From the NCBI GenBank assembly GCA_964467225.1, contig CAYXPQ010000001.1, positions 6,812 to 70,811 on the forward strand: a stretch of 64,000 nt of DNA, given 5' to 3'. This document shows, piece by piece, positions 20,830 to 30,486 of this stretch. The stretch is from an uncultured Candidatus Saccharibacteria bacterium (GTDB taxonomy: Bacteria; Patescibacteriota; Minisyncoccia; Phycocordibacterales; PALSA-1337). The stretch's first letter is position 1. Each line of letters opens with the position of its first letter. A model generated the notes under the pieces. It was not told where the DNA came from. It searched no databases and saw only the letters and a program-made list of their open reading frames with translations. The translations under genes were made by a program, and so were the position numbers.

Positions 20830-22404
20830 TTATTGACTATTTCTACATCTACCCAGCTGCGTCTTGGAATCGTTTATGTATGGACCTGCGGAAATTTTTG
20901 TTTGATCTAACTGTGTTCTAGCGTCCTGGATATCCTTTGCACTTGTCAGACTCATTGTTGTTGAAAGTTGAGATAATTTCTGGCTTGCAACATTTAGTTC
21001 TTCCAGAGTTCTTGCAGTATTTGCTGTACTTCTGATCTCTCTCATTGTTGTAAGTCTCTTCTCTGCTTCTTCAAATTGAGCTTTAAGTGTGTCTCGTGTT
21101 GGTGTTATTTTTAGAATCGCAGCTTTTACTTCATTTAATCTTGCGGAGAAGGCGCTTAGGTCCCAGTATGGTCGGTTAGGTGTAGTTAATAGTGTATTGA
21201 AACAGGCTACTGCGTCTTTGTAGTCAGTATCTATAGAGTTATATATTTCATAGCTCTGCTTCTTCAAGTCTACATAGTCAGTTGTTAGCTTCAGTGGATT
21301 TTCTATAGTACTCAATACTTGTGTTCTTAGAGTTTCGATTTGCGAAGACGAACCTTCACCATTATTTAGATTGTTTATATAAGAACTACTATCTCCTGGA
21401 CCACTTCCACTTACTGAGCCAAGTCCCTTTGTTAATACTTGGGTAATCAATTGTGCTACTAAAGCATTTACTATTTCATTTATTTCATCTGCAAGCTCAA
21501 GTTGTCTTAGACCAGATCCAAGTTGATTCTCAAGTGAACTAGAAATAACAGATCCTGGTGTTTGGATTTCACATGTTTGATGTTTACTAACTTCTTGTTT
21601 TGCATAGAACTCCTCTTCACTTCCCTTTTCTGCTTTATCCAAATCTTGTTTAGCGTACAATGCTTCCTCAGATCCATCATCTTTACACTTTTTCCATGAT
21701 AAGAATCCCTTGCCTTGATTAATCTCTTCTCTTTGTTGAGATCTGGCACTTGCAACTCTCCAAGATAGATCTGCTTCAGCTTGCAAATATGCACCATAGA
21801 CATTGTTCTGGGGTTCGGTAGACAGACTGACGAAAGCTGGCCAGCCTCCTTGTTTGAAATCCCCAGCTGTAAATCCATTTATTGATGCATTCTCAACTGC
21901 ATTTTTTGTATTTTTGATTATTGTATTTAGGGTACAAGTATATCTTTTCATCACGTTTGGGTGATATTTAAACCTTAGTGCAATTTGAATATCGATGCTA
22001 AACGGTGAACAAAGACTTGTGAGTGGACCTCCATATTTTGCAAGAAATGCACCTGTTACTTGATCTGCTACATCAAGGAAGAATGCTCCAGGATTCTGTA
22101 GAAATGAAGGACTTCCTTCGAAACCAGAATTAATCCAATTAACAACACTTTGAGTCATTTGCCTTACGACTTGTTTTACAAGAACATTAAGCAATCCGTC
22201 CAATACGAATTCCTTTAATTGGAGCGAGTATGTTGAAGCGCTTGAAACAACACTGCTAGCAGCTGTAATAGTGTTTTGGGCTATGTTACCAGCGTCTATG
22301 GTTGCTAGTTGAGCATTAGCTTTTTGAGGAATAAAAATCTGTGGAATAATAAAACTTATTATGAGTATTCCGGATATTAATTTTTTAATAAAAGAAAAAT
22401 TCAT
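20830..22404 (-). CDS. secreted protein, N-terminus VirB5/TrbJ-like
   Basis: Signal peptide ending ANA, then ATIDAGNIAQ; TPGSVI motif; coiled-coil C-terminus. Confidence 0.6.
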   Translation of the reverse strand: MNFSFIKKLISGILIISFIIPQIFIPQKANAQLATIDAGNIAQNTITAASSVVSSASTYSLQLKEFVLDGLLNVLVKQVVRQMTQSVVNWINSGFEGSPSFLQNPGAFFLDVADQVTGAFLAKYGGPLTSLCSPFSIDIQIALRFKYHPNVMKRYTCTLNTIIKNTKNAVENASINGFTAGDFKQGGWPAFVSLSTEPQNNVYGAYLQAEADLSWRVASARSQQREEINQGKGFLSWKKCKDDGSEEALYAKQDLDKAEKGSEEEFYAKQEVSKHQTCEIQTPGSVISSSLENQLGSGLRQLELADEINEIVNALVAQLITQVLTKGLGSVSGSGPGDSSSYINNLNNGEGSSSQIETLRTQVLSTIENPLKLTTDYVDLKKQSYEIYNSIDTDYKDAVACFNTLLTTPNRPYWDLSAFSARLNEVKAAILKITPTRDTLKAQFEEAEKRLTTMREIRSTANTARTLEELNVASQKLSQLSTTMSLTSAKDIQDARTQLDQTKISAGPYINDSKTQLGRCRNSQ

Positions 22405-22410
22405 AATTGT

Positions 22411-23277
22411 CTAATTTGGAATGAAAAATGAACCGCCTTCGTTGTCGTTATATTTCAAACTTAATGAAGTTAATTTGTTTTTGATGTTTAATATTGCATC
22501 AGCAAAAATCTGAACAGTCGGAGTATATCTAGCTACAGCTTGTACTCCCGCAAGCGGGTCTACATCTGATATTCTTAATTTCTCTACAATAAATACCAGA
22601 GAACTTACAGAATTTATTAGATCTATATGCATTTTGGACATTAATTGAGGGACTTCAACATTCAATAAACCATTCAGAATATTTTTGTAACTTTTTATTA
22701 TTGGGTCAAGCTCTTTTAGAATTGCAGGATTCTCTTTGTCGAATGAGTCTTTTGCAATTACGGCTTCATTTCTTGAAGAAATTGAATATGTTTTGAAAAC
22801 ATAACCAGCGTCATTTGCATATTTTCTTATTACATCCACACTATCATTGTTAATTATTTTGAGATTGATTATTGAATACTCCTTCGGAGAAGCTAACATT
22901 ACTCCACTCTGAATGACCTGACCAACCAATTCTTCTTGGCTGGCTTTATCATTTGCATACCCCATCTGTCTGAGTTCCATGTATCTTGCAAAAAAGTCTC
23001 TGCCAAGTAGGTCGGTGGAACTAAGCTTGTCTTTCGATTTGGTCAAATCAGTTGATTTTGAAGTGCTCGCTATGTCATTGGCTTCCAAAATTTTTTGCCA
23101 ATCTACAGATGCCTTGGGATTATCTGGACTAACTATGCTTACAGGATTATTTTTGTATACAATTTCTGATCTATTATTTCTATATTCAGCAACAAAAAAA
23201 GCAACACCTACTAAGCCTATCGCTACTAGGATCATTAACACATTTTTTGTGCTTCCTTTATTGTATAAATACTTCAC
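22411..23277 (-). CDS. membrane-anchored hypothetical protein
   Basis: N-terminal TM then helical domain; first gene of the cluster. Confidence 0.7.
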   Translation of the reverse strand: MKYLYNKGSTKNVLMILVAIGLVGVAFFVAEYRNNRSEIVYKNNPVSIVSPDNPKASVDWQKILEANDIASTSKSTDLTKSKDKLSSTDLLGRDFFARYMELRQMGYANDKASQEELVGQVIQSGVMLASPKEYSIINLKIINNDSVDVIRKYANDAGYVFKTYSISSRNEAVIAKDSFDKENPAILKELDPIIKSYKNILNGLLNVEVPQLMSKMHIDLINSVSSLVFIVEKLRISDVDPLAGVQAVARYTPTVQIFADAILNIKNKLTSLSLKYNDNEGGSFFIPN

Positions 23278-23329
23278 TGGGCAGTATTTGAAATATAATC
23301 AAAATACTTGATAAATTATATCAATTTTA

Positions 23330-24121
23330 CTAGTTATTTCCTACGATTTTTTTCCACATTTCAGGGGATAAGTTCTCTGCTCTTATGTCTTTTGGCAAAT
23401 TTTGTCTTTCCCAAATTTTATCAAGAGTAATTCTAGGTATTTTATCTTCCAAATTATTAATTAGAAACTTTCTTTTGTGAGCAAAACCAGCTTTAAGTAT
23501 TTCAAAAAATACTTTCTCATCAATTTCAGGATTTTCGAAGAAATTTTTTGAAATTTTATCAATAATTAACACTGCAGAATCGACGTTTGGTATTGGTCTA
23601 AAGAATTTCCGTGGCACAGTGACTAAATATCTAGGATTTCCATAGACTTTTACTGAAATTGATAGAATACTTTGTTTCTCATCCACTATTCTCTTGGCAA
23701 GTTCCCTTTGTAGCATAACTACGATTCTGTTAGGAGAATTATCAATTTCCAGGAATTTCCTTAGAAATTCACCACTGATGTAATATGGAATATTGGCTAT
23801 AATTGTGTAATTGTCCTTAGAAAAGAGCTTAAAATCAAGGTTAAAATCTAAAATATCGTGATGAATAAGCTTTAGTTGTCCGGATTTAATATTTTCTGAG
23901 AATTTATCTTGTAGAAATGGTATTGCTCTATTGTCTTTTTCTATTGCTACAACTTTCGCCCCTGTCTTTAGCAGGGCTTCAGTAAGCGCTCCTTTGCCTG
24001 GCCCAACTTCTAAAACCAAGGATTTGTCAGATACTTCTCCAGCATGAACCATTGCCGATATAACATTCGGTGCGTGTAAGAAATTTTGGCCTAATGACTT
24101 TTTTGCGGTGAAGTTTTCCAT
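23330..24121 (-). CDS. rsmA: 16S rRNA adenine dimethyltransferase
   Basis: KKSLGQNFL, EVGPGKGALT, ANIPYYIS, FRPIPNVDSAV. Confidence 0.96.
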   Translation of the reverse strand: MENFTAKKSLGQNFLHAPNVISAMVHAGEVSDKSLVLEVGPGKGALTEALLKTGAKVVAIEKDNRAIPFLQDKFSENIKSGQLKLIHHDILDFNLDFKLFSKDNYTIIANIPYYISGEFLRKFLEIDNSPNRIVVMLQRELAKRIVDEKQSILSISVKVYGNPRYLVTVPRKFFRPIPNVDSAVLIIDKISKNFFENPEIDEKVFFEILKAGFAHKRKFLINNLEDKIPRITLDKIWERQNLPKDIRAENLSPEMWKKIVGNN

Positions 24122-26076
24122 TAAAAATCTATAAAAATTGCTTTTAATCCTGATGGTTGTTCTGAATCTCCTGTTGAAGTTATGTGTTCATCACCAATAT
24201 CAGAAATAAAGCTAGATGGAGTATTAACTTTTTGTGACCCATATATGGTTCTAAGTTGAGAATAGCTTAAAAATACTTTTTTTCTTGCTCGTGTTAATGC
24301 CACATAGAATAATCTTCTCTCTTCTTCAGTTTGACTTTGACTTACCTTCTCATCATTCATTCTTTGGTGAGGAAACAGATCTTCTTCAAGTCCCACAATA
24401 AAGACATAATCAAATTCCAGACCCTTTGATGCATGTACTGTCATTAGCCTAACAGCATTATTTGTATTTTCCAATTCATCTTGATCGGTAGATAATGCAG
24501 AGTTTTCTAAAAATTTCTCAACACCTTCTGGTGCGGGTAAATAATCATATTGAGAAGCAAAAGTTACTAATTCGCGCAAATTTTCTAATTTATCTTGTTC
24601 TTCTAAAGTTCCATTTTTATATGAATTTTCTATTCCTGTTTCTTTTATAATAAATTTAATTAATTGGGATGGGGTTTGTGTATTAGCGATGCTTTTGATT
24701 TGTTCCAAAAGATTAAGAAATACTGAAACTTTATTTCGTAGAGCTGGTCCCAATGTGTTTTCTTGTTCCGTCACAACTTTTAAAATAGTTGCCTTCCCTA
24801 TTCCTCGTGGGGGAACATTTACAATTCTTACAAGATCGCTAGTACTCTCTCTGTTTAAACCGGCTTTTATAAAAGAGATTACGTCTTTTATTTCCTTTCT
24901 TTCAAAGAATTTTGTGCCCAGGATTTGATAAGGGATATTTTTGTTTAAGAATGCTTCTTCAATAACTCTAGATTGAAAATTAGCTCTATAAAGAATTGCA
25001 ATTTCCTTAGGATCTGAGCCATTTTCTATTAATTCCCTTGCTTTGTCAGCCACAACCCTAGCCTCTTCTTGTTCTGTATATGAAATAAATAATTCTATTT
25101 TTTCTCCCTCAATATTTTTTGTAAAAAGGTTCTTTTCTTTTCTTAATAAATTTTTCTTTATAACGTTGTTGGCTGCTGTGAGGATGGTTTGTGTTGAACG
25201 ATAATTCTCTTCAAGCAATATAACTTTAGCTTCTGGGTATTCTTTTTCAAAATTTAATAAATTGGCAATGTCTGCGCCTCTCCAGCTATAAATATTTTGA
25301 TCAACATCCCCAACTACACAAATATTTCTATGTTCTTGAGCTAATAATGTGGCTATTTCATATTGAACTTTGTTTGTATCCTGATACTCATCAATGTGAA
25401 TATAATTCCAAACAGAACTATAATGCTTTCTAACTTCGAGATTGTTTCTCAATAGAATCGCAGTTTTTAGTAGCAAGTCATCAAAGTCTAATGATTTTTC
25501 TTTTGAAATTACACTTTCATATCTCTCCCATACTTGAGCTACTAATTTTTGAAAAAAATCCTTAAAATTATTTTTGTATGAATTTAGAGTTATACCATCT
25601 CCCTTTTGTCTTGATATCGCTCCCAGAATAGTTCCAGGTTCATACTGTTTGGTGTCGTAGCCAAGCTCTTCCAGTGCATTCTTAACAATCCTCTTGGAAT
25701 CTCCTCTATCTAAAATAGTAAAATGTCTTGGAATACCCAATAAACTACTATTTTCTTTAATAATATGCACCCCTAAAGAGTGAAATGTACTTATAAAAGG
25801 CTTTTCGTTAAAAGATATAGGAATATTTAAGGTTTTGTCACTTTCAATAAGCTGAAACACCCTCTCTCGCATCTCTTTTGCAGCTTTGTTTGTGAAGGTT
25901 ATTGCTAAAATCCTTGAAGGTTCAATTCCGGATTTGATAAGATTCAGTATTCTGTGAGTTATGGTTTTTGTTTTACCTGCTCCAGCACCCGCTACTATAA
26001 GTAGTGGCCCATTGAGAGTCTCCACTGCCTCCTTCTGTCTTAAATTTAGAGATGATTCAGATTTACTTGATGACAT
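24121..26076 (-). CDS. pcrA: UvrD/PcrA helicase
   Basis: AGAGAGKTKT, TFTNKAA, DEYQDTN, VGDVDQNIY, ENYRS, TVHASKGLEF, EERRLFYVALTRA. Confidence 0.94.
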   Translation of the reverse strand: MSSSKSESSLNLRQKEAVETLNGPLLIVAGAGAGKTKTITHRILNLIKSGIEPSRILAITFTNKAAKEMRERVFQLIESDKTLNIPISFNEKPFISTFHSLGVHIIKENSSLLGIPRHFTILDRGDSKRIVKNALEELGYDTKQYEPGTILGAISRQKGDGITLNSYKNNFKDFFQKLVAQVWERYESVISKEKSLDFDDLLLKTAILLRNNLEVRKHYSSVWNYIHIDEYQDTNKVQYEIATLLAQEHRNICVVGDVDQNIYSWRGADIANLLNFEKEYPEAKVILLEENYRSTQTILTAANNVIKKNLLRKEKNLFTKNIEGEKIELFISYTEQEEARVVADKARELIENGSDPKEIAILYRANFQSRVIEEAFLNKNIPYQILGTKFFERKEIKDVISFIKAGLNRESTSDLVRIVNVPPRGIGKATILKVVTEQENTLGPALRNKVSVFLNLLEQIKSIANTQTPSQLIKFIIKETGIENSYKNGTLEEQDKLENLRELVTFASQYDYLPAPEGVEKFLENSALSTDQDELENTNNAVRLMTVHASKGLEFDYVFIVGLEEDLFPHQRMNDEKVSQSQTEEERRLFYVALTRARKKVFLSYSQLRTIYGSQKVNTPSSFISDIGDEHITSTGDSEQPSGLKAIFIDF

Positions 26077-26346
26077 ATCATCACTATATCATGTTGAATT
26101 GCTTTCAATAATAAATTTAATATATTACACAATATCTCCATAACTCTTTCAATGCCATCTTTGACATTTTGGCTATTTAATTATATTAAAATTCAATAGT
26201 AAAAGAGCTATTGACTTTCTTTTAATGGTCGCGTAACCTACTTAGATACCCGACAAATTTAGGTATAAAAATGGCTAATTTAAGCCATTTTCCGAATTAC
26301 TGACACCAATTAAATTGTCTTAAATGACAAATTCCGATATTGCCGA

Positions 26347-27447
26347 ATGACAATTTATGTTATGCAATATTTTACTAAAATAGATAAAAATAATTCTCAA
26401 TTTTCAATGCTTCCAATTGGAGAAGTGTTAATTGTTTTTTTATTAAGTTTAGCTGTTCTAATATATCCGAGCACTGCAAATGCTGGGATATTTTCAATTT
26501 TTACTGATGCAACTAGTGAGGTGGCGGATGCTAAAACTTTAGAATTGGTTGATAATAGAAATTCTCAGAACATTCTTGTTCTTCATGCCGCTGTTAACTC
26601 AGATCCTAATCCAAACAAAAAGATCAGTGATGCTCCCCTAGTGTCGGGAAATGTGTTGGTTGCAGAGATTGGACCTTCAGGAACTGTCTCAGATATTGAG
26701 AAAGAGATCTCGAATAATCAAATAAGCCTATATATTGTTAGAGAGGGAGATACATTGCTCGAAATAGCTAATATGTTCGATGTTACTCCAAATACTATTA
26801 TCTGGGCCAATGATATAGACAGAAATTCAGTGTTAAAGGAAGGTCAAAAGCTAGTTATATTACCTATTTCAGGTATTAAATACACTGTGAAGAAGGGTGA
26901 TACTATAAGAGGTATAGTTTCCAAGCATAAGACAGATCTAAATGAAGTACTAAAGTATAATGATCTAACATTGGCTTCAACTATTTCTCCAGGAGATATT
27001 ATTATCATTCCAGATGCTGAACCAGCAATAGATAGTTCTAAGACTAGCATATTCAAAAAGAATACATCATTATCAACAAAAGACTCACGATTACCATATT
27101 ATCCAGGATATTATATTAGACCTATAGAAGGAGGTTACAGATCACAGGGATTACATGGAACAAATGGAGTTGATCTAGCGGTTTCTCTTGGTACACCAAT
27201 ACGTGCATCAGCTGCTGGTACAATTATAGTTAGCAAGACTGGTGGATGGCATGGAGGGTATGGAAATTACGTTATTATCTCTCATACAAATGGTACTCAA
27301 ACACTATATGCACATACTCAGAAGAACTTTGTAAATGTTGGAGATTATGTTGAACAAGGTCAATTAATTGCTAGAGTTGGAAGTACCGGAAATTCAACAG
27401 GACCACATGTTCACTTTGAAATAAGAGGTGCCAAGAATCCTTTCTAA
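26347..27447 (+). CDS. LysM domains plus M23 peptidase (cell-wall hydrolase)
   Basis: Two LysM repeats (YIVREGDTL, YTVKKGDT); HGTNGVD, YAH, STGPHVHFE; start codon uncertain. Confidence 0.9.
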   Translation: MTIYVMQYFTKIDKNNSQFSMLPIGEVLIVFLLSLAVLIYPSTANAGIFSIFTDATSEVADAKTLELVDNRNSQNILVLHAAVNSDPNPNKKISDAPLVSGNVLVAEIGPSGTVSDIEKEISNNQISLYIVREGDTLLEIANMFDVTPNTIIWANDIDRNSVLKEGQKLVILPISGIKYTVKKGDTIRGIVSKHKTDLNEVLKYNDLTLASTISPGDIIIIPDAEPAIDSSKTSIFKKNTSLSTKDSRLPYYPGYYIRPIEGGYRSQGLHGTNGVDLAVSLGTPIRASAAGTIIVSKTGGWHGGYGNYVIISHTNGTQTLYAHTQKNFVNVGDYVEQGQLIARVGSTGNSTGPHVHFEIRGAKNPF

Positions 27448-28968
27448 TTAAATACTCTTCTGCCTGTACTGTATTGCTTCTAGTACATGTTCCCTTTTAA
27501 TATTTGGTGAGCTATCTAGATCAGCTATTGTTTGAGAAAGTTTTATTATTCTGTGATAGGATCTGGCGGACAAGTTGAGTCTTTCAGAAGATTCTTTCAA
27601 TAAAACACTTGCTTCACTATCAATTTCTATAAGATTCTCTATATCTGATAATGACATCTCACTATTGTATTTTTTATTTATACTTCTATTATCAAATCTT
27701 GTTGATTGGATATTTCTAGCTTTCTCTACTCTTTTTTTAATTAAATTAGAACTCTCATTTGCCTCTGATCTAGTTAATAGCTTGTCATAATCAACTTTTG
27801 AAACAGGAATCCACATATCAATTCTATCTACTATTGGTCCTGATATTCTTTTGCTATAGTCATTTATATCTCTATCATTGCAGGTACAGCGTTTTGTATT
27901 TCTAAAACCACATGGACACGGATTCATGGAAGCTATTAGAATACATTTTGCGGGAAATGTTAATGAGCCTTTGGCTCTAGAAATAGTTATTTTATGGTCT
28001 TCTAATGGTTGTCTCAATGATTCTATTACTTTACGATCAAATTCCGGAAATTCATCCAGAAACAGAACCCCTCTATGTGCAAGCGATATTTCTCCAGGTT
28101 GAGGATATGGTCCTCCACCAACCAAAGATACATAAGAAGCAGTATGATGAGGAGATCTAAAAGGTGGTCTCAATATTGGCTCTCTTAGAATTTTTGATAT
28201 TGAATACAGGCTAGTTACTTCTAGTATTTCACCTTCAGTGAGATTAGGTAAAATTGTTTGAAATGCTCTAGCTAGCATGGTTTTGCCTGTTCCTGGAGGT
28301 CCGTACATAACAATATTATGTCCCCCACTAGCAGCAATTTCTAATGCTCTCTTTGCTATTTCTTGACCTCGTATCATATTAAAATCTAACTCAATGATCT
28401 CTGGTTTATGAATGATTTCACTCTTCTCTAATTTTTTAATTTTGAAATTATCTTTTGTTAAATGATTTATAACTTCATTCAATGTTTTGCATGGATATAT
28501 ATCTATTCCATTCACCAACCCAGCTTCGATAGAATTCTCAATCGGTATATAAACTTCTCTATAGCCTAATTCTTTAACACCCTTAATTAGGGGTAATACT
28601 CCACTCACTCTTCTAATTTCTCCATTTAATGATAATTCACCAAGAAATATCTTATCATTTGGATTAAAACAAATATCTGTACTAGCCATAAGATAAGCTA
28701 ATGCCATTCCGAGATCAAAAGATGGACCTTCTTTCCTAATATCTGCTGGAGCAAGCGATATAACAACTTTCTGGTTTTTTTGTTTTGGGGAAATGTAGCC
28801 ACTATTCTTTATAGCTGCGGAGATTCTGTCTTTTGATTCATCAATGGCTTTGTCTCCTAATCCAACTATTGAAAATGAATGTAAACCATTTGATAAATCC
28901 ACCTCAATACTAATAATATGTGCACTTAATCCATATAATTGAGCACTAAAAATTTTTGATATATTCAT
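27448..28968 (-). CDS. comM: ComM/YifB Mg-chelatase-like AAA+ ATPase
   Basis: LAPADIRKEG, GPPGTGKTMLA, PFRSPHH, PGEISLAHRGVLFLDE, NPCPCG, LSARSYHR; ATG at 28968. Confidence 0.93.
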   Translation of the reverse strand: MNISKIFSAQLYGLSAHIISIEVDLSNGLHSFSIVGLGDKAIDESKDRISAAIKNSGYISPKQKNQKVVISLAPADIRKEGPSFDLGMALAYLMASTDICFNPNDKIFLGELSLNGEIRRVSGVLPLIKGVKELGYREVYIPIENSIEAGLVNGIDIYPCKTLNEVINHLTKDNFKIKKLEKSEIIHKPEIIELDFNMIRGQEIAKRALEIAASGGHNIVMYGPPGTGKTMLARAFQTILPNLTEGEILEVTSLYSISKILREPILRPPFRSPHHTASYVSLVGGGPYPQPGEISLAHRGVLFLDEFPEFDRKVIESLRQPLEDHKITISRAKGSLTFPAKCILIASMNPCPCGFRNTKRCTCNDRDINDYSKRISGPIVDRIDMWIPVSKVDYDKLLTRSEANESSNLIKKRVEKARNIQSTRFDNRSINKKYNSEMSLSDIENLIEIDSEASVLLKESSERLNLSARSYHRIIKLSQTIADLDSSPNIKREHVLEAIQYRQKSI

Positions 28969-28990
28969 ATATATCAATATACATAATTAG

Positions 28991-29011
28991 GTATTAAGAA
29001 AAGCTTAAGAA
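28991..29011 (-). promoter_or_regulatory. tandem-repeat operator upstream of comM
   Basis: Minus strand TTCTTAAGCTTTTCTTAATAC, 9 nt before TATATT -10; 20/21 identical to site upstream of comEC. Confidence 0.7.
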
Positions 29012-29026
29012 AAGTGTCAAAAATTA

Positions 29027-29054
29027 CCATTTCACAATAAAAAAGTGAAAATGG
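29027..29054 (-). terminator. hairpin downstream of DksA-like gene
   Basis: CCATTTCAC ... GTGAAAATGG imperfect inverted repeat. Confidence 0.45.
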
Positions 29055-29420
29055 CTATTTTTTCATACTACCGATAGATGTTCTAGCAGAAGGATTGGCC
29101 TCCAATCTCTCTTTTTCAATAGGTTTACCAGAAATTTCACAAATACCATAAGTACCATCATCTATTCGCTGAAGTGCAGCTTTTACTTCATTAAGTTGAG
29201 GCTCTAGTTGGTTTAAAATAGACTTATTATCCTCAAGCTCCTCCATTTTGTCTGCAACTTCATTTTCGTCAGCGGAATCAACCTCCATATCTGAAGCTGT
29301 TGCTTCCCAATCGCTTGGATTATCTGGATTTATCCTGCTTATAGTTGAAAGTTCTTCCTCCAGTAATATCTTCTCCTTTTCTAGTTTATCCTTGAAATAT
29401 TTTATGTCTTGTTTATCCAT
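29055..29420 (-). CDS. DksA/TraR family protein
   Basis: Coiled coil with acidic tip, ALQRIDDGTYGICEISGKPIEKERLEANP. Confidence 0.88.
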   Translation of the reverse strand: MDKQDIKYFKDKLEKEKILLEEELSTISRINPDNPSDWEATASDMEVDSADENEVADKMEELEDNKSILNQLEPQLNEVKAALQRIDDGTYGICEISGKPIEKERLEANPSARTSIGSMKK

Positions 29421-29432
29421 GATGCTTATATT

Positions 29433-30467
29433 TTACCTTAAATAACTCTGCTTTTCAATCTTTTCTATAATTTTCATAAGTGCTTCTTCATTTGTTGTAA
29501 TAATTAATGTATTTTTGTCTACAAAAGAGTAAAGTATTAGTATTTCTCCGTTCTCACTTATAAACTCTCTTACATCTCTATTAAGTATTGTTCTATCTTG
29601 AAATCTACCTCTTATTGTAAAGAATGAACTAAGAGTTGTTGTGCTATTCTCTTGCCTAGCCCTATTCTCATAATTAAAGGCAATTGCCATTTCGTCAGCC
29701 ATGTTATTCTCCCATTTCAACATTCCAGCAAAAGTATTTTGGAAAAAGTCCGTTGTAAGTATAATAAATGGAACTTTGCCTGAATCTTCATTTAATGTTC
29801 CTAACATCCACTTTTTTGTCAGTGATCTATTGAAGCTTTCAGGTACACTAGTATCTAGCATTTGGAAGAATTGAGCAGCTTCAATTTTAGAAGTTGTAGA
29901 CCCAGTATTATTCGTAAGAATATATTCATTAACCTTATTAATATCTATCTTATCGTTAAATAAAACCTCTTTTATTTTGAATGGAAAATCAGAGCTCTTA
30001 ATTGTACCTAATTCAATAATTTGTTGATTATCAGCTTTTATTATTCCAGGAATTATATTATTCTGTCTGGTCTGAGGAGTTGGTAATGCTAGGGGACTTT
30101 GTAAATATAGATAATAACCACCTCCAATTCCTCCAGCAATTAAAATAATACTTAAAAGTAGCATAATAAATTTTTTAAAGCTTCCAGATGAAGGTTTTGT
30201 TTTGTTACTAATTGTCGCTGATTGAGTGTCACCCTCCTTTTTATTTTCTTCAATAGCTATGTTTAATACTGAAGTTTTTTTGCTCGCGATTGCCTCTGCT
30301 ATGTCGCTTTCATAAGTCCTAATAGGTTTTTGTAATACAATTTTAGGCTTATTCCCTGGATCGACTTGATCGTGTAGTATTTGCAAAGGATGTTCATTCA
30401 AATTAGGAATTTCTTTTTTAACAAGAGACTCAACCTCGTCTTGAAGTGTTTTCTTCTCTTCATTCAT
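29433..30467 (-). CDS. bitopic membrane protein, hypothetical
   Basis: IRTYESDIAEA N-terminal motif, single TM, extracytoplasmic domain. Confidence 0.75.
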   Translation of the reverse strand: MNEEKKTLQDEVESLVKKEIPNLNEHPLQILHDQVDPGNKPKIVLQKPIRTYESDIAEAIASKKTSVLNIAIEENKKEGDTQSATISNKTKPSSGSFKKFIMLLLSIILIAGGIGGGYYLYLQSPLALPTPQTRQNNIIPGIIKADNQQIIELGTIKSSDFPFKIKEVLFNDKIDINKVNEYILTNNTGSTTSKIEAAQFFQMLDTSVPESFNRSLTKKWMLGTLNEDSGKVPFIILTTDFFQNTFAGMLKWENNMADEMAIAFNYENRARQENSTTTLSSFFTIRGRFQDRTILNRDVREFISENGEILILYSFVDKNTLIITTNEEALMKIIEKIEKQSYLR

Positions 30468-30486
30468 ATTGATTGATTATATCACC

